Source: Anthoceros angustus
Lineage: Eukaryota; Plantae; Anthocerotophyta
Length of the DNA stretch: 64,000 bases
Reading direction: 5' to 3'
NCBI GenBank assembly: GCA_010909165.1
Contig: MU008183.1
Coordinates: 310,001-374,000 of the forward strand
Part shown: positions 37,690 through 50,795 of the stretch, piece by piece
Numbering within the stretch: position 1 is the first letter of the stretch
Layout of the letters: each line of letters starts with the position of its first letter
Notes under the pieces: model-generated
Told to the model about the DNA's origin: nothing
Database searches by the model: none
The model's input: the letters and a program-made list of their open reading frames with translations, nothing else
Made by a program: the position numbers and the translations under genes

Positions 37690-38585
37690 TCACTCGCCAG
37701 AGCCTTGAGCACTTCCGTCACTTTGTGGTTGTTGTGGAGCAACTCCTCTGCTATTCATGCGTGCCTTAGACTCTGCAAACATGCGCTGCTGTGTTGCCGA
37801 AGCTTCTTCTTCTGTCATCCCACTGACATCTCCACGCCTGGCCGCTTTTTTTGCCTTACCTTTTGCCTGAAAACAATTAGAGCAGACAACATTACAGAAT
37901 CCCGTTACATTTCCATCAACAGTATCCTCAAGCAACATCGCATAATGGGAAGAAACACAATGCTCACTACGCGTTGCGTCTCGTGCTCCTTGAAAGTCTT
38001 CTGAACCTTCTCTTTGTACTCCCCGAATTCTAGTTCCTTCACGCCCAAACAGTTGTCGTCAATTGAAATACGGAATTTAATCATAATCTGGCTGCAGGCA
38101 GCGCTGGCGATCCTACCTCGAGGGCTTTTATCACATGCTTCGGAAGTACGATCCGCGCATCTTCTCGGCCGCGTATCTCATTAGCCTGGGAAGTAATTAG
38201 GCGGATAAATTCTGGGAAGGAAACAGCAAAACCAGCGTGCGGCGTGACTTGGGGAACGTGAAACACAGGAGAGTCGACAGCACTCACCGACAGCAGCAAT
38301 GAAGCACTCGGAAGGATAATTTGGCAAGAAGCAGAAAAGGACTTTAACACAAACACCAAGGGAATGACGATCCTACCTGTGCTGCCCTCCATCAGTAGTT
38401 CTTGCGCATCCTCGTCAATCTTCATGTCCGTAGGCAACATCTCTCCTATAACTCTTGACATTGTTGCTGGTAGACCAGCATTAGATTAGTGTGTGAGAGA
38501 GATTGTAAATCCCCGACAGCGAATGCACACGTCGAACTGTACCTCTCGGAAGGGATACCTTCTCGTTCTCCCTCTCCTTCTCCAT
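37690..38585 (-). CDS. DR1: Dr1/NC2-beta histone-fold transcription cofactor, multi-exon
   Basis: MEKERENEKVSLPR|ATMSRVIGEMLP, EFIRLITSQANE, PKHVIKALE, MTEEEASATQQRMFAESKARMN. Confidence 0.85.
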
Positions 38586-38959
38586 CTCCTTCTCTCCGCC
38601 GGCTGCTATTGTCGCGATGTCTACAAACAGTCGTCACCAGCTCGGGCCGCCGGCCACAGTACGAATCTCAATACGCAGCGGCTCCTGAATCCTGAAATTC
38701 GAAATATGTATTCGAAATATGTACGTGGACGACATATAGAAGAATGAAGGAGAAGTCTAATATAGTCCACTTGGACGGAACACTGATATACGTATAGTGC
38801 CGCACCCACGCATTTGTCATTCCCGCCATACGCCAAACGCTGCCCTTAAAAGAAAAAATAAACGCCTCTCCATCGTCGTCTTCATTGTCGGAAGTTCACG
38901 GCACGAACGTGGTGAAATTCATTGGCACAGCGCTGGGAATCGGAGCTCCGTCGACCGCC

Positions 38960-41900
38960 ATGGCTGATTGCGCGAGCTCCAAGTCCGAGCGAAGCCTGAG
39001 AAATGCTGCTTCAGACAAGCCTTGGAAGCACAGGCAGAAGAAGGAAGCAACCAAGGATAGCCACCTCGATGGTGCAGTGAAGGACATTCAGATTTTTGAG
39101 GGCAAGCCCGCGGTTGTGCCTGCCGGAGTTTCCCCGACGCCTGCGGGGACTGGGTACCTTCGGATCGTCGCGGGAGATGATGCCGAGTATGTGGTTCCGT
39201 CTCAAGTGGTGCAGTCCTTCCAGTGTGTGGATGTGATTATCCATGGCGACAGTAAGTTCCGCTGGATGGCGTTGCAGTCTCGTGGGATACGGTGCTTTTG
39301 TTGCTCTGGGGCTGGAAGTTGGTGGATCGGAGCACCAGGATCGTGATGACTAAGTCACGGTGATGCCGTGTGTGGCGTTGGCAGCTGCTTTTCTGGAGAG
39401 AGTGGAGAATGTCATTCGGTTTCCAGATATAAGAGCGGAGGTGCGCTGGCTCATCTCATCTCTGCATTGTGAAAGAGGTGGGGTGTTGAACAAATTTTGC
39501 ACTTGTGCAGGTTATGGAGCTAGTTTTGCAGTTCGTCTTCTTGGAATATCTGAACCAAATGAAGGCGGAGAAGTATTGGGGAGGTGATAGTCCGCGTCTT
39601 GTGTTTCAGTTCGAGGTATGCTGTTTCTGTTTGCCAGCATTTCTGGTAGTAGTGGATTTCCACTTGTACGTGCTGTGTCATCTGATTACTCTGGCTTGGC
39701 TATAGGTAGACCCTGGTCTGGTAATGGAAGTAATCCATGCTGCACATTTTCTGGGGATCCAGGCTCTGTTGAAAGTCGCTGCAACAATGGTGGCTGACTG
39801 TTTCAAGGGTGGGTCTCCTTTGAATCGTGCTTTATGTTCCTATTCTTGCTATTAGATACGCTGGATTCCTAAGTGGATTCAAAATGTTTTGCCTTACCCT
39901 TCTCTGATTGCAGATGTGCCTGATGTCTCCTCCATGCCGACAGACCTTGCATGGTGTGTGGCGGAAGAGTTCTCAGCACTTGACCTTTTTGATGCTGAGG
40001 AGCGGCCTGACTTTTTGAGCTTGAATCTTGGTACACTTCTTCGTTTTGGGTACAAATCCAAGCAGCTAAAATGTAGCTATGGCTTCTTTGTTTGCGAGCT
40101 TACATCCTGCTGTTGCTTTCTCTACAGATACAGAAAACCTCTGGGAGAAGCATTGTCTGAGATACATTCTGGACAATTGCGTTCGACCTATCTCCTGCTG
40201 TGATGGCTATCCATCTCATAGAGAATGGGCTATGGTTGAAGGGCCTCCACCCACGTCATGGAAGAGTCTCTATGTTTCACATTTCCTTCAGCAGCTTGCT
40301 GACAAGCAGGACGGAGGTGAGTAGCTATAGATGTGTGCCTACCTTGGATGTTCAGTATGCACTAATTTTTGCCTGTGATGTGGTGGTTTTTGTCCTACAG
40401 ATGAAAATGATGCTTTCTTCAGGGAGGTTTCTTACAGAGGAAAATTTGCCCACAGGCACACGGTACCATATGTCAACGCTGGCCATCGCTGTTGTGGTCT
40501 GTCTGCACAGTTTGTTTCCAGGTCTTTCACTAAATCGGGAAAAGTGATTTTAGGTTGAACTGGCCATGTGTCTGATAGTGGCGTGGTCATTGGTGGCCCT
40601 TAGGTGCGGCCTATGTTCTGGGACTGGGTGATGAGTGCTCCAGGAGCTTGGCCATTATCATCATACATTGCCCAGTTTCCCCGTCTGAGATCATTGAGTA
40701 TGTCATTATCTTGTCGAATCTGATGCCTGAAAATTCCGAAAGGCCATATGGAGCAACTTGAGTATCTCTTCAGCGCTGGTTTCAAGTGTTCTTTGCTAAA
40801 AGGGTACCTGTTCATGGCTTAGGTCTTGCAAACATTCCTTTACACAAACCTTCAGTAGATGGGGTCGTGCCATGTTTAAGTGTCGAAGGCATTGTCCTGA
40901 ATCTCCCCCTACTTCAGCATCTTGACATCAGGTAACGAGTTGCTTTGTAGGACATCGTTCTCAATTAGCATTATGCTGGGGTGGCTTGTAGCTATATTAT
41001 GGATGTTTCGTTGTGCAGTGGGACTGGGTTCACAACTGAGGCAGCGATTGGTTTGAGCAGAAGTCTGTCTTCACATAAAAGGTACGCAATATTGAGTTTT
41101 AGGAGCATCTTTGAGTCTAGGTGTTTTTTGAGATCCCTATTTTGGGTTTTGAGCCCTCTGGGTTTCTATAGCCTTCAGGTGCTTCAGCTCGGTTACAATC
41201 ACATCAAGACAAAAGGGTTCTCAGCTATTGTGAGGACACTCCCGCTTGTGAGGTACTTCTCATTGTAGACCAGATGCCCTCAGACCATGTACCCTGTAGT
41301 TTCCATGTTCTGTTTGTTGTGATTGCCTTTTGTTGAACACTACGTAACACGTTTCAAACCACATCATGATACAGGACGTTGAAGTTGTTGGATGTTTGTG
41401 GAAATGGAATTTCAGCTGCTGTGGACCAGTCTGTGGTCTCAGCATTAAAGCAGAGTGCAATCGAAGAGTTTTTGTTTGCAGGTATTCTTACTTCATGTAA
41501 TGTCACACATGAACTATACACTTGCTTTGATGATATCGAGATCACAGGTCCAGCGTCTTTGGCATGTGGCTGATGAGAGCGGGAGCCGTTGTTAATTCTT
41601 GTCTGTCACAGAGAATTGCCGGGCAAATGAGGGAGGAAACCTTCAAACCATTCAGGGCTCCACGTCTGGCCGTAGACAGTCTGCAGGAAGTGGCCCTCTT
41701 GTTGGTGCTGATTCATGTTGTGCTTTAATGGTGTCCGTCTTTTCTGAGGTACCCAGTTCGTTACTGGATCTCCAGCTATCACAGTGCAGTTTGGTAGACA
41801 GTCAGGCTGCTGCGCTTGCACGAGCTCTCAGCGGGCATACTGTGATTCAGGTGCCATTCAAATACCGCCTCACCTTCTACGCTTAAGTAGGGATATATCC

Positions 41901-42654
41901 AGTGTGAGAAGGGCATATTCTGGGTGATGTTCATCGACACGTTGGTTGTTGGAGTGGTCTGTGGCGTCTGATGTTGTCGTGCTTCTGACTTAATGTGGGA
42001 TTGCAGAAACTGGACCTGGGTGACAACAATATTTCTTCACCTGGAGCTATTTCGATATTCTCTTGGCTGCAGGTTGGGTTCACTTAAGCTCCGGAAACAG
42101 ACTTTGTGCTCTCAGCTTCCTACCGGGAAACCGTGAGGGATGTGGCCAATATTGACCGCCAGTTTATCACTCCCTTCCAGACCAACAGGTCATTGAAGGA
42201 GCTGTCGCTCGCCAACAACGAAGTTTGTGATTCCTCAGCTTCTTCCCTGTCATCAATGTTGCATGAACACCCATGCATACAAAAGGTGTGGACCTTTCTG
42301 TGAGAGAAAGAAGCCTCGTTGGCGATCCTTGTCACAGCTGGCCCACTTGTTGCTTCTTGTTTTGCAGGTTAACTTGAATGGAAATCATAGCTTCAGCGAT
42401 GACGTGATTCAGGAGGTGCTCACTTTCCTCGTCTCTTTGGGGGATATGCTTGGCCTTTTTGCCGGACAGAAGTTCAGTGAATCTTGTTTTGTGTCTGTCT
42501 TCAGGTTATCGCTGCTGCAATTGCGCACACGAACAATCTGAACGGGCCCTTCCTGCTGGACATCAGGAATACGAGCATGAACTACGTCATTCGTGGAAGG
42601 GTTCAGCGTCAATTTCCTCCCCATCTGGGTTCCAACTTGCATGTCTTGATATGA
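38960..42654 (+). CDS. Skp1/ElonginC-like BTB + ElonginA-like segment + RNI-like LRR fusion protein, multi-exon; may carry lesions
   Basis: YLRIVAGDDAEYVV...VIRFPDIRAEVMELVLQF...FEVDPGLVMEVIHAAHFLGIQALLKVAATMVAD; MPTDLAWCVAEE...DTENLWEKHC; LRR exons LQHLDIS, LQVLQLGYNHI, LKLLDVCGNGI, LLDLQLSQCSL, LDLGDNNI, LSLANNEV, VNLNGN. One exon near 39345 seems to contain a stop. Confidence 0.7.
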
Positions 42655-42739
42655 CGAGCCGGCACATTTTAAGGGGTTTAAGCTAGTATCTAGCTGTTTG
42701 CCATTGTTTTGTTGGTTTTTACTATATAGTATTGAGAAA

Positions 42740-43001
42740 TGTTGCCACAGAATTTTTCTGTTGTCAGCGCGCTCTGTATGTCCTGGTGGAATCGGAGGTC
42801 GGAGCCAAGAACACATCGAAATGGGATCGCTGAAAACGTGTGAAAACGACGTTATCCTAACGAGCGCACTGAAAAAACGGTCACTAAGTAAGTTGTTATC
42901 CGGATCCATCTTTACATCGTTGCACGCGATCTCCAGCAAATCAATGGCCACATCGTCTCAACATGGATGCTAGGCTTGATAGCTCGATACGTCAGACTTG
43001 A
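42740..43001 (+). pseudogene. Relic of orphan gene X (exon 1 tail, gtaagt donor, part of intron)
   Basis: ATEFFCCQRAL matches AIEYFCC of the genes at 45000 and 53239; intron motifs cagcaaatcaatggc, ggatgctaggct and cagacttga are shared. Confidence 0.75.
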
Positions 43002-43194
43002 TACGTCGTATTGGAGTTGAGAGAAGACTAAACCAAACAGAAAACAACCAACACCACAAAACAAAGATAGGTACCGGATTTTGACCGCAGCGTCTTCACA
43101 TACGAGCAAACGACATTGTCTTGCTCCACTAATGCAAGAACCGATCAAATGCAATCACTTAGACTATGTCATTAACATCTTGTCTTGTGCAATG

Positions 43195-44290
43195 TGATCC
43201 CTGAGAATTCCGTGAGGATGGAGCAAGTTACTACTCTTTCAGTTCTGGTTCAAAGTGTGCTTCGCTGAAATGGTTAAAGTTCATGGCGTAGCTCTTGCAT
43301 TCATTCCTTTCGACAAATCATCAGTAGACGGGGTTGTGCCATGTTTAAGTGTCGAAGGCATTGTCCTGAATCTTCCCCTTGTTCAGCATCTTGATATCAG
43401 GTAACGAATTGCTTTGCAGGACATCGTTCTCAATTAGCATTGTGCTGGGGGTGGCTTGTACTCAAATTATGGATATTTCGTTGTGCGGGACTAGGGGTTT
43501 CACGACTGAGGCAGCCATTGGTTTGAGCAGAAGTCTGTCTTCACATAAGAGGTAGGCAAGTTTGAGTTTTCGGAGCATCTTTGAGTCTAGGTGTTTTCTG
43601 AGATCCCTATTTTGGGGTTTGAGCCTTCTGGGTTTCTATAGCCTTCAGGTGCTTCAGCTCGGTTCCAAAGACACTAAGACAAAAAGAGTCCTCAGGTATT
43701 GTGAGGGCACACCCACTTGTTCCATAATGATACATGTGGACGTTGTTTGTAAGAATGGATTTCAAATGTTGTGGATCAGTCTGCGGTCTCCGCATTAAAA
43801 CAGAGTGCAAACGAAGATTGCATGGGGCTGGTGAGGACGGGAGCCGTTGTTGATTCTCTTGTGTCACAGGGAATTGCTGGGGAAATAAAGGAAGAAACCT
43901 GAAAACCATTCAGGGCTCCATGTCTGGCCATACGCAGTCTGCAGGCAGCGGCCCTGTTGTTGGTGCTGTTCCATGTTGTGCCTTGAAGCAGTGCCCAGGA
44001 AAGAGCTTCATGGGTACATATCTGTGACCGTGGAGGTGTTCTTCGGCGTCTGATGTTGTCGTGGTGCTGACTTAATGTGGCATTGCAGAAACTGGACCTG
44101 GATGACGACAATATTTCTCCAGCTGGAGCTATTTCGATTTTCTCTTGGCTGCTGCAGGTTGCGTTATCTCTGCTGCAGTTACCCACACCAACAATATGAA
44201 CGGGCCATTGTATTCGTGCTGGACATCCGGAAGACGAACATCTCCAGCGTCATTTGTGACAAGCTTCTGAGCCAATTCCGTCCTCAGCTG
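43195..44290 (+). pseudogene. Partial duplicate of the LRR half of the 38960-42654 gene
   Basis: Collinear with about 40720-42600, including introns, with frameshifts and deletions. Confidence 0.85.
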
Positions 44291-44999
44291 GTTTTTACCT
44301 GGCAACTCTTGCAGGACGTAAGAAAAGAGAGAAATTCTGAGACTGGGCTGGCACATTTGGAGGGATTTAAGCAGCTAGCAAGTGAGAAGTTCACCAATGT
44401 TTACTGTATCTTGGTGTCCGTAAACTCTCGAACGTTCCGTATTCCACATTTGAGCAATCGAACCGTTGGCACAGGAACCTGGTGTTTGACTGTCCAGCCT
44501 CCGGCACAATCGTTCTTACGGGATGTGGTATCTTATACGTGCTGGCACAGCTCTGTGAGCTTGCAATGTGTATACTAGGATAGTGTCTAAGGTTACATCT
44601 ATGATCCTCGGGGCACAACTCCGTTTCTGGCAGCGGCCATCACAAGGATGTTGCAGAGGCTTGTCGTGTGCAACGCATACAAAAGCATTTGCAGGAATAT
44701 GCTCGAGTGATGCAGAGTGTGCTGGGAGATTGATCGGTCCGAGCGCCTTCAAGAGGATGAAATTGCTCCCGCAACCAGAATCGGTGAATGAGATTCTCGT
44801 CCGGATGTGTCTGCTACCCTGAATCTCACTTGAGACGAGTTCATGCGGATTCGACGGAACAGCTAGGGATGATCGAAGCAGACTGTGTGTGCTCTCGTGC
44901 TCACATGCTCTCTGTGATTTGAGTGTTCCTTAATCGGCCAGACTCTGTGCTAAATCTGCTGAGCATCCAACTGGGACTGAAAGCAGGCTGCGGAGCGAG

Positions 45000-46272
45000 A
45001 TGTCTGAAATCGAGGGAGTGAGGAACCCTGCTGAATGCTCTCTGGCTGAAATCAGGAGAAGTGAGCCAACAAAAAATGCGTCAGGATTGGAGAATTTTGC
45101 CATAGAATATTTCTGTTGTATGGAGGCTCTCCAGCGCATGGAGAAAATGGAGATCCTGGCCAGACAGCCATCGGAATTGGAGCTATTTAATATGATCGCT
45201 GAAGCCATGGAGAGACTGCGAGGTGATGTTTATGCGCGCATCCTTACGGGGGCTGAGTAAGTTGCTATCCAGATCCATGCTTCTAATTGCTGCATGCTGT
45301 GCACACATGAATGTGCTCCTCCGCAAATCAATGGCCAGATGGCTAGGATGGTAGGCTGCGCAGACTTGACCCGTCGTACTAGGCTTGAGTGAAGAGTTCC
45401 ATGTCTGCAGGTGGATGGATATCTACAAAACAATGACGAACGAGGATTACGCGATATTTCACTCCATAGTATCCGACATGGAAAAGGAGCGAAGAAATTG
45501 GAAGGAGGTCACAGAATCAAGTGGGAGGGAAGCTGGGAAGGAGAATGCGGGTGCTGCTCTGGGTGCTAGTATAATCGATCATATAGCTGATTTGGTTCGA
45601 GAATGGGTCGAGCGTAGATTTGATGGGCTGAAAGGGACTGGCAAAATTGTGGAGGAGCCGGATGTGGCAAGGGAAAGACAGCTGGTGGAGCACGCACCTG
45701 GGCCTGGCCTCGACCGTGGAAAACGAGTTCTCGAGGTCCCGAGGTTTGAGCAGTCCGAAATCGAGGTGGTGGAGCACGCACCAGGGCCTCGCCTCATCCG
45801 TGGAAGACGAGCTTTCGAGATCCCGAGGTTTGCGCAGTCCGGAATTAATGTGGTGGAGGATGATCCTGTACCCCAACCTGCCATGCATGTGGGTAGATTT
45901 GGCCGCCAGTTCCCGAGGTTTGGGAAGTCCGGATCCGGAATTGAGGATGGGGAGGATGATCCTATCAGGAATGTCGAGACGCAGAGGCTTATCCTGCCTT
46001 TTGAAGATGGAGGACGCATGAGTATGAGCCGCCCCGAGAGTTCATTTGACTACTCTGATGGTTCTGGTTGTGGTTCTGCTAGTTGGTATGAGATGTATCA
46101 GCGGACGGCAGGCCGGGTCTCACCAACCTGGAGGCCGGCCGTTGGGTGGCTACTCGGCGTCTTGCTCTTCATACCTGACATACCCATGATCGTGCTAAGG
46201 AAGGTGGGAAATTGCTGCCAAGCTATGGCCAGAGAGATGGAAGATAGGTTTGATCGATGTTCACGGGAGTGA
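45000..46272 (+). CDS. Orphan gene X copy 1 (2 exons, 372 aa) with internal ~25-30-aa repeats
   Basis: Exon 1 45000-45256 (gtaagt donor) joins exon 2 45411-46272 in frame. Repeats PRFxQSxIxVVEDDP and VEHAPGP; hydrophobic C-terminal segment. Confidence 0.75.
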
Positions 46273-46815
46273 CTACACACGAGACTTACAGGGACCGACT
46301 AGCAGCAAGTACATACATATGAAGTGACAGGCCCGCGGCCGACGTACCAGTCGGGTTGAACTGGCATGTGCCCATGGAAGAAGAAATTGCAGCCATACTT
46401 CAACATCGGGATCCATCTGAAAACTAGACAATCCTAAACCCCTACGCCATTGAGGGCTCCATTTCCGGCCATTCTGAGGCTGCAGGCAGCGGTCCTCTTG
46501 TCGGTGCTCTATCTTTGTTATCGGGCATACGTAAAGCAGAGGATATGGTTTGTGGAATATTTACTGTATATTTATAGGTATATCGTAAAAGTAACCTTAA
46601 TTTTAATGGATTTCAATGTGCAAAGGATTTAAACCTTGAGGTTAGGGTACGCATGACCAACATTAAGGTTATAATCTTCTAACTAGGTTCATAAACATTG
46701 AGAATTTGTCAAGTATGATGGTTTCACTCACTTTCACACAACAAAAACTATAACCTCTAGCTTTCTTAAGGGTTCCACACACTTTCACACAACATCCACT
46801 ATAAACTTTCATCCA

Positions 46816-47330
46816 CTATGAGCAGCGAGCGGGGGAGGGAGGGAGCGAGCGGTGAGGGAGGGAGCGAGCGGGCGGTGAGGGAGGGAGCGAGCGGGCGGTG
46901 AGGAGGCGGGCGGGCGGCGGCGGTGAGGAGGGAGGCGGCGGTGAGGAGGCGGGCGGCGGCGCGGCGGCGGGCGGCGGCGGCGGCGGCGCGGCGGCGGCGG
47001 TGAGGAGGCGGGCGGCGCGCGGCGGCGGGCGGCGGCGCGGCGGCGGGCGGCGGCGCGGCGGCGGGCGGCGGCGGCGGCGGCGCGCGGGCGGCGGCGGCGG
47101 CGGCGGCGGGCGGCGGGCGGCGGCGGCGGCGGGCGGCGGCGGTGAGGAGGCGGCGGCGGCGGTGAGGAGGGAGGCGGCGGTGAGGAGGGAGGCGGCGGTG
47201 AGGAGGCGGCGGTGAGGAGGCGGCGGTGAGGAGGCGGCGGTGAGGAGGCGGCGGTGAGGAGGCGGGCGGGCGGCGGCGGTGAGGAGGCGGGCGGCGGCGG
47301 CGGCGCGCGGGCAGGCCAGGGCTGTCCGGG
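46816..47330. repeat. Extremely GC-rich (GGC)n / GGCGGTGAGGA simple-repeat tract
   Basis: Direct reading; lies immediately 5' of the near full-length CRE element. Confidence 0.9.
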
Positions 47331-50300
47331 GCAAGAGCCAGCCTGCGGTGGTAGGTGTGCCTCCGGAGGTAGGGTGGGCGGTTGGCGGTGTCAGTGCAGT
47401 GCGGTAGCCACAGTTGCCTCGGCTCCAGTGGGGCTGGGGGTTCACGCCGCTAGTGTGCCCGGAGTTGCGGCGATCGTGTGTTCTTGCGGTGGCGGTGGGA
47501 ATTTATTTTTCCAATTTTGTTCGGTTCCTTTTCGGTGGTGGTGGATTTCCTACCCCGCCTTTTGGGGTTGCGAGTTGCGGTCACGGGCGCTAGTTTGGTG
47601 GGTCGGCAGTGGTTCTGTGGGTTGCAGTCCCTCTAGGCAGAGCTCTTTGGCCGGCCTTTTGGGGTTCGCCATACGGAGCTCACACTCCGTATGTCCGGTA
47701 AAAGAGGTCATTTGTCCCGGTCCCGGTACCTCCTCGGCCCTGTCGCCCTCCGACTGGCGTTTGCGGGTTCTTTTAGTACCCTTCCCAATGGGGCGGTCTA
47801 CACCTCCAGCCAGGTAAGGACACGAGTGTCTGTGCATGCTCAACTCTACTGCGGTGTCAAGGGGGTGAAAACCCACATTGGGCACATGCATAAAGATTTC
47901 GACCAGACTACTTGGGCTGCCCAAGTGCACATTACGACCTCCTCCAGTTCCAGTCACGGCTCCGATGTCGTCCATCGTGGGGTACCTCTCTCTTCCTGGG
48001 AATGGTTGCGGGGTCGGTGGATCACATACTTGGGATGTTTGAAACCCGCTTTCCATGCCGCGCATCTTCCATGAGCTTCCCGCCACCTTCATGATGATGC
48101 CGTTTGGCGTTCCGTCTTCCTTGGATCGCCTTGCGCTCGATCCCAGGGCGAGTTAGCTTGGTGCCTTCTCCGCTTCTCCCGGTGGTGCCTTGGTGTTCTA
48201 GGGTGGGGCTTGGGCATCGGGAAGTTGCTAGCCGTCTTGGCGCTTTGGTGGTGTGGGCATCCCTCCGGAGGAGGCTTTTGCGTCTTTGCCAAGGCTCGGG
48301 CGGAATCCGCCGGTTGGAGCAGGTCCCGGGTAATGCAACAAAACTGCGTCGTTGCAAGGCTTGGCGAGCGGTGGTATGCTCATGTTGCCGGGCTCTTGAC
48401 CCCTCCCTAGCCCCGCTTGAGGAGACCATTGTTGCCCTCGTGCCCTCCATCCGGCTCCCAAGGATGCCATCCCGGACATATCGACTACGTCCGGAGGATC
48501 CCTTCTCTGGACGGGCGGCTTTTGCTCAGCTCTCTCGACCCCGTCTTTCATCTGCGGGTTGTCGGGAATGGTGTTTGAACACCTCGGGGACCTTTTCTCC
48601 CGAAGATCCATCTAGCGGCTTCCCAGCTCTTTTCTCTGGCTGCGGTGGCTCGGGGTGAGGCGCCTCCGGATTTCCCATGTTCTTGCGGCTAGCGGGCTTG
48701 TCGCTATGGACAAGCACGCGCGTGTCGCCCACTCGCGGTCGGAAGCCTTCATGCGACTACTCGGCCGCACTATTGCCCTTGATGCGCTCTCTTCTTGACA
48801 CCTCAACCCCTTCAATTTGGCATTGCCACTCAGGGTGAGTGCATGGTGCTTGGAGTGAAGGCATGCCTTGATACCCACCGGGTGGGTGGTCTTCTGAGTT
48901 GATGTCGAGGCGCCTTCAATACCATCTCTAGGGCGTCATCTTGAGGAGCTTAGGGATCTTGGCGGCGTTGCAGGGAGCCTTATACCTTTTGTCCGGTGCT
49001 TCTACGGAGGTCCTCCAACCTCTACTACCGGCACAAGAAGCGTCTCTTGAGTTCTTGTCTACATCTTGGAATCGGCCACAGTACAGGCAAGGCGACCCCT
49101 AGGCGGTGCTCTCTTCGCCATTGCTCACTATAGGGCCCTATCTAGGGCCGCCTCTCAGTAGTGTCTTCCCTTATTTGTGGGGACTCTCACATCCTCGGGC
49201 ACAGGGACAAAGTTAAGGAGGCCTTTGAGCTCTTCTCTCATGAGCTTCTGGTGGGCTTGAAGGTCAAGGCATCCAAGTGCGTGTCGGTCTCGTCGGGATT
49301 CTACCTACTTTGCAATTTCCAGGAGATTGCTCGGCTCTGGGGCTGAGTTCTAGGGGTCCCCTTGGTTCCCAGACTTCATCGGGAGCTTCTGGACGGGCTC
49401 TCATGAGACCTCTCCCATGTCGAGGACCTCCTTTCTTTGGAGGATGCAGGTGGCCTTTGGAATTCTTTCCTCTGTTTTGCTAGGCGCCTGGTTACCTCAT
49501 CCGTCTGTTGCCTCCATCCCGACACTTTTGTCCGGTGCGGTTTGATAGGAAGATTATGGATACTCTCGGGGACATCCACAGGCTCGGGGGCTTTTGAGTG
49601 CCCTATGGGCGTCGGCCCGGCAGCGTCCTACATGCAATTTGGAGGCAGTGCTCTCTGGAGGTCTCTTCGGCGGCTTTCACAGGCGATTGGGCCCTCTCAC
49701 TGCTTGGCTTCTCGGTTCATCCTCCATGGCAGGCCCTTTACGGAGGATCTCGTATCAGTGTGGAGGAGGAACCTTCTCTCTCAAGCGTCCTTGAGGCAAG
49801 CTAGGGACATGTTATCGTGGATGCTCGGAAGGACTTCCCTCCTTTCTCGACATTTATTCTTGATGGTTTCGAGGGGTTGCGAGCATCTACCTCGAGCGGC
49901 TCGGCGGGCTTTCGATCGCCCTCCGGGACCCCTCCATCCCAGGTCCACAAGGCGGCTCGCTCTTGTTGCAGGAAGGCGCGGTGCTTGGCTGTTGGCCGCC
50001 CATGCATACGGGTTTTCACATCGCACCAACCACCTTCACTCTGCGATGCGATTCCGTCTTGGCTGCTCCGGCTGTGGCTTCTTCGCTCCTTACTTGCAGT
50101 GCGGCTCGCCTCGATGATTACAGGGTACACCTTGCTCGTTGTCCCGGTCATCGCATTGCCACTCACGGCGCCATCCGCGATGTCATGTTCGCCATCGCTC
50201 GCGGCTACATGGCATGGAGGCGGATGTATACTCTCCGTCTGGTCGTTCAATCGGTGACACTGCCTTGTCGTGGCGACCGGTTTGATGGCGGATGTGGTGG

Positions 50301-50795
50301 TTACCGATCCTACACGAGACACCATCTCGCTCGGTCATCACTAATCCGGGTTGGGCTGCTGGGGCGGCGGCTCTCAAGGTCGCAAATATTGCGGGATGCA
50401 AGCGGGCCACCTCTTTATTCGCTTGCACTAAAGCGTATGGGGCAATGGTGAGGACTTTGACAAATTTGTCAAGTCTGTGCCAAAAGCTTACCATGCTGCG
50501 TGAACCGTGCGGTGTCCCCTCTCGTACTTCACGGCATACTTCCGACAGCGGGTTTCAATTGCCCTTCAGCAGGCGCTCTCAGCGATCCTCCACAAGGCGG
50601 CGGCAGTAGGTGACGCATCTTCCTCTACCTCCGTGGTTTGCAGGCCGTTTATTCTTCCTGCATATGACATTGTGGGTGCAGTAGGTGACTTTAGGTAGGG
50701 AGCTTATTTGCTCCTCTTCACCTTGACCCCTGGTCCTCTTTGGTTGTCCCCTCCTAGATGGGCTTTTCCCATCGTTTTTCACTTCAATAAAATAT
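47330..50795 (+). mobile_element. Near full-length, decayed CRE-type non-LTR retrotransposon (N-terminal C2H2, RT, CCHC, RLE)
   Basis: CAQLYCGVKGVKTHIGHMH zinc finger; SAG.SGMVFEHL; QFGIATQG.ECMVLGV; AFNTISR; RQGDPLGGALF; HLARCPGHRIATHGAIRDVMF; ADVVVTDP; RQRVSIALQ. Many frameshifts; ends near aataaa at 50786. Confidence 0.9.

Noticed and set aside
37200-37720. Short recurring ccttcac(t/g)c motifs as a structured element
   Set aside because: Low-complexity, irregular spacing, no terminal repeats or ORF; not enough support to call.
46816-47445. Long Ala/Pro/Arg/Gly ORFs on both strands
   Set aside because: They arise from the stop-free (GGC)n tract; no coding evidence.
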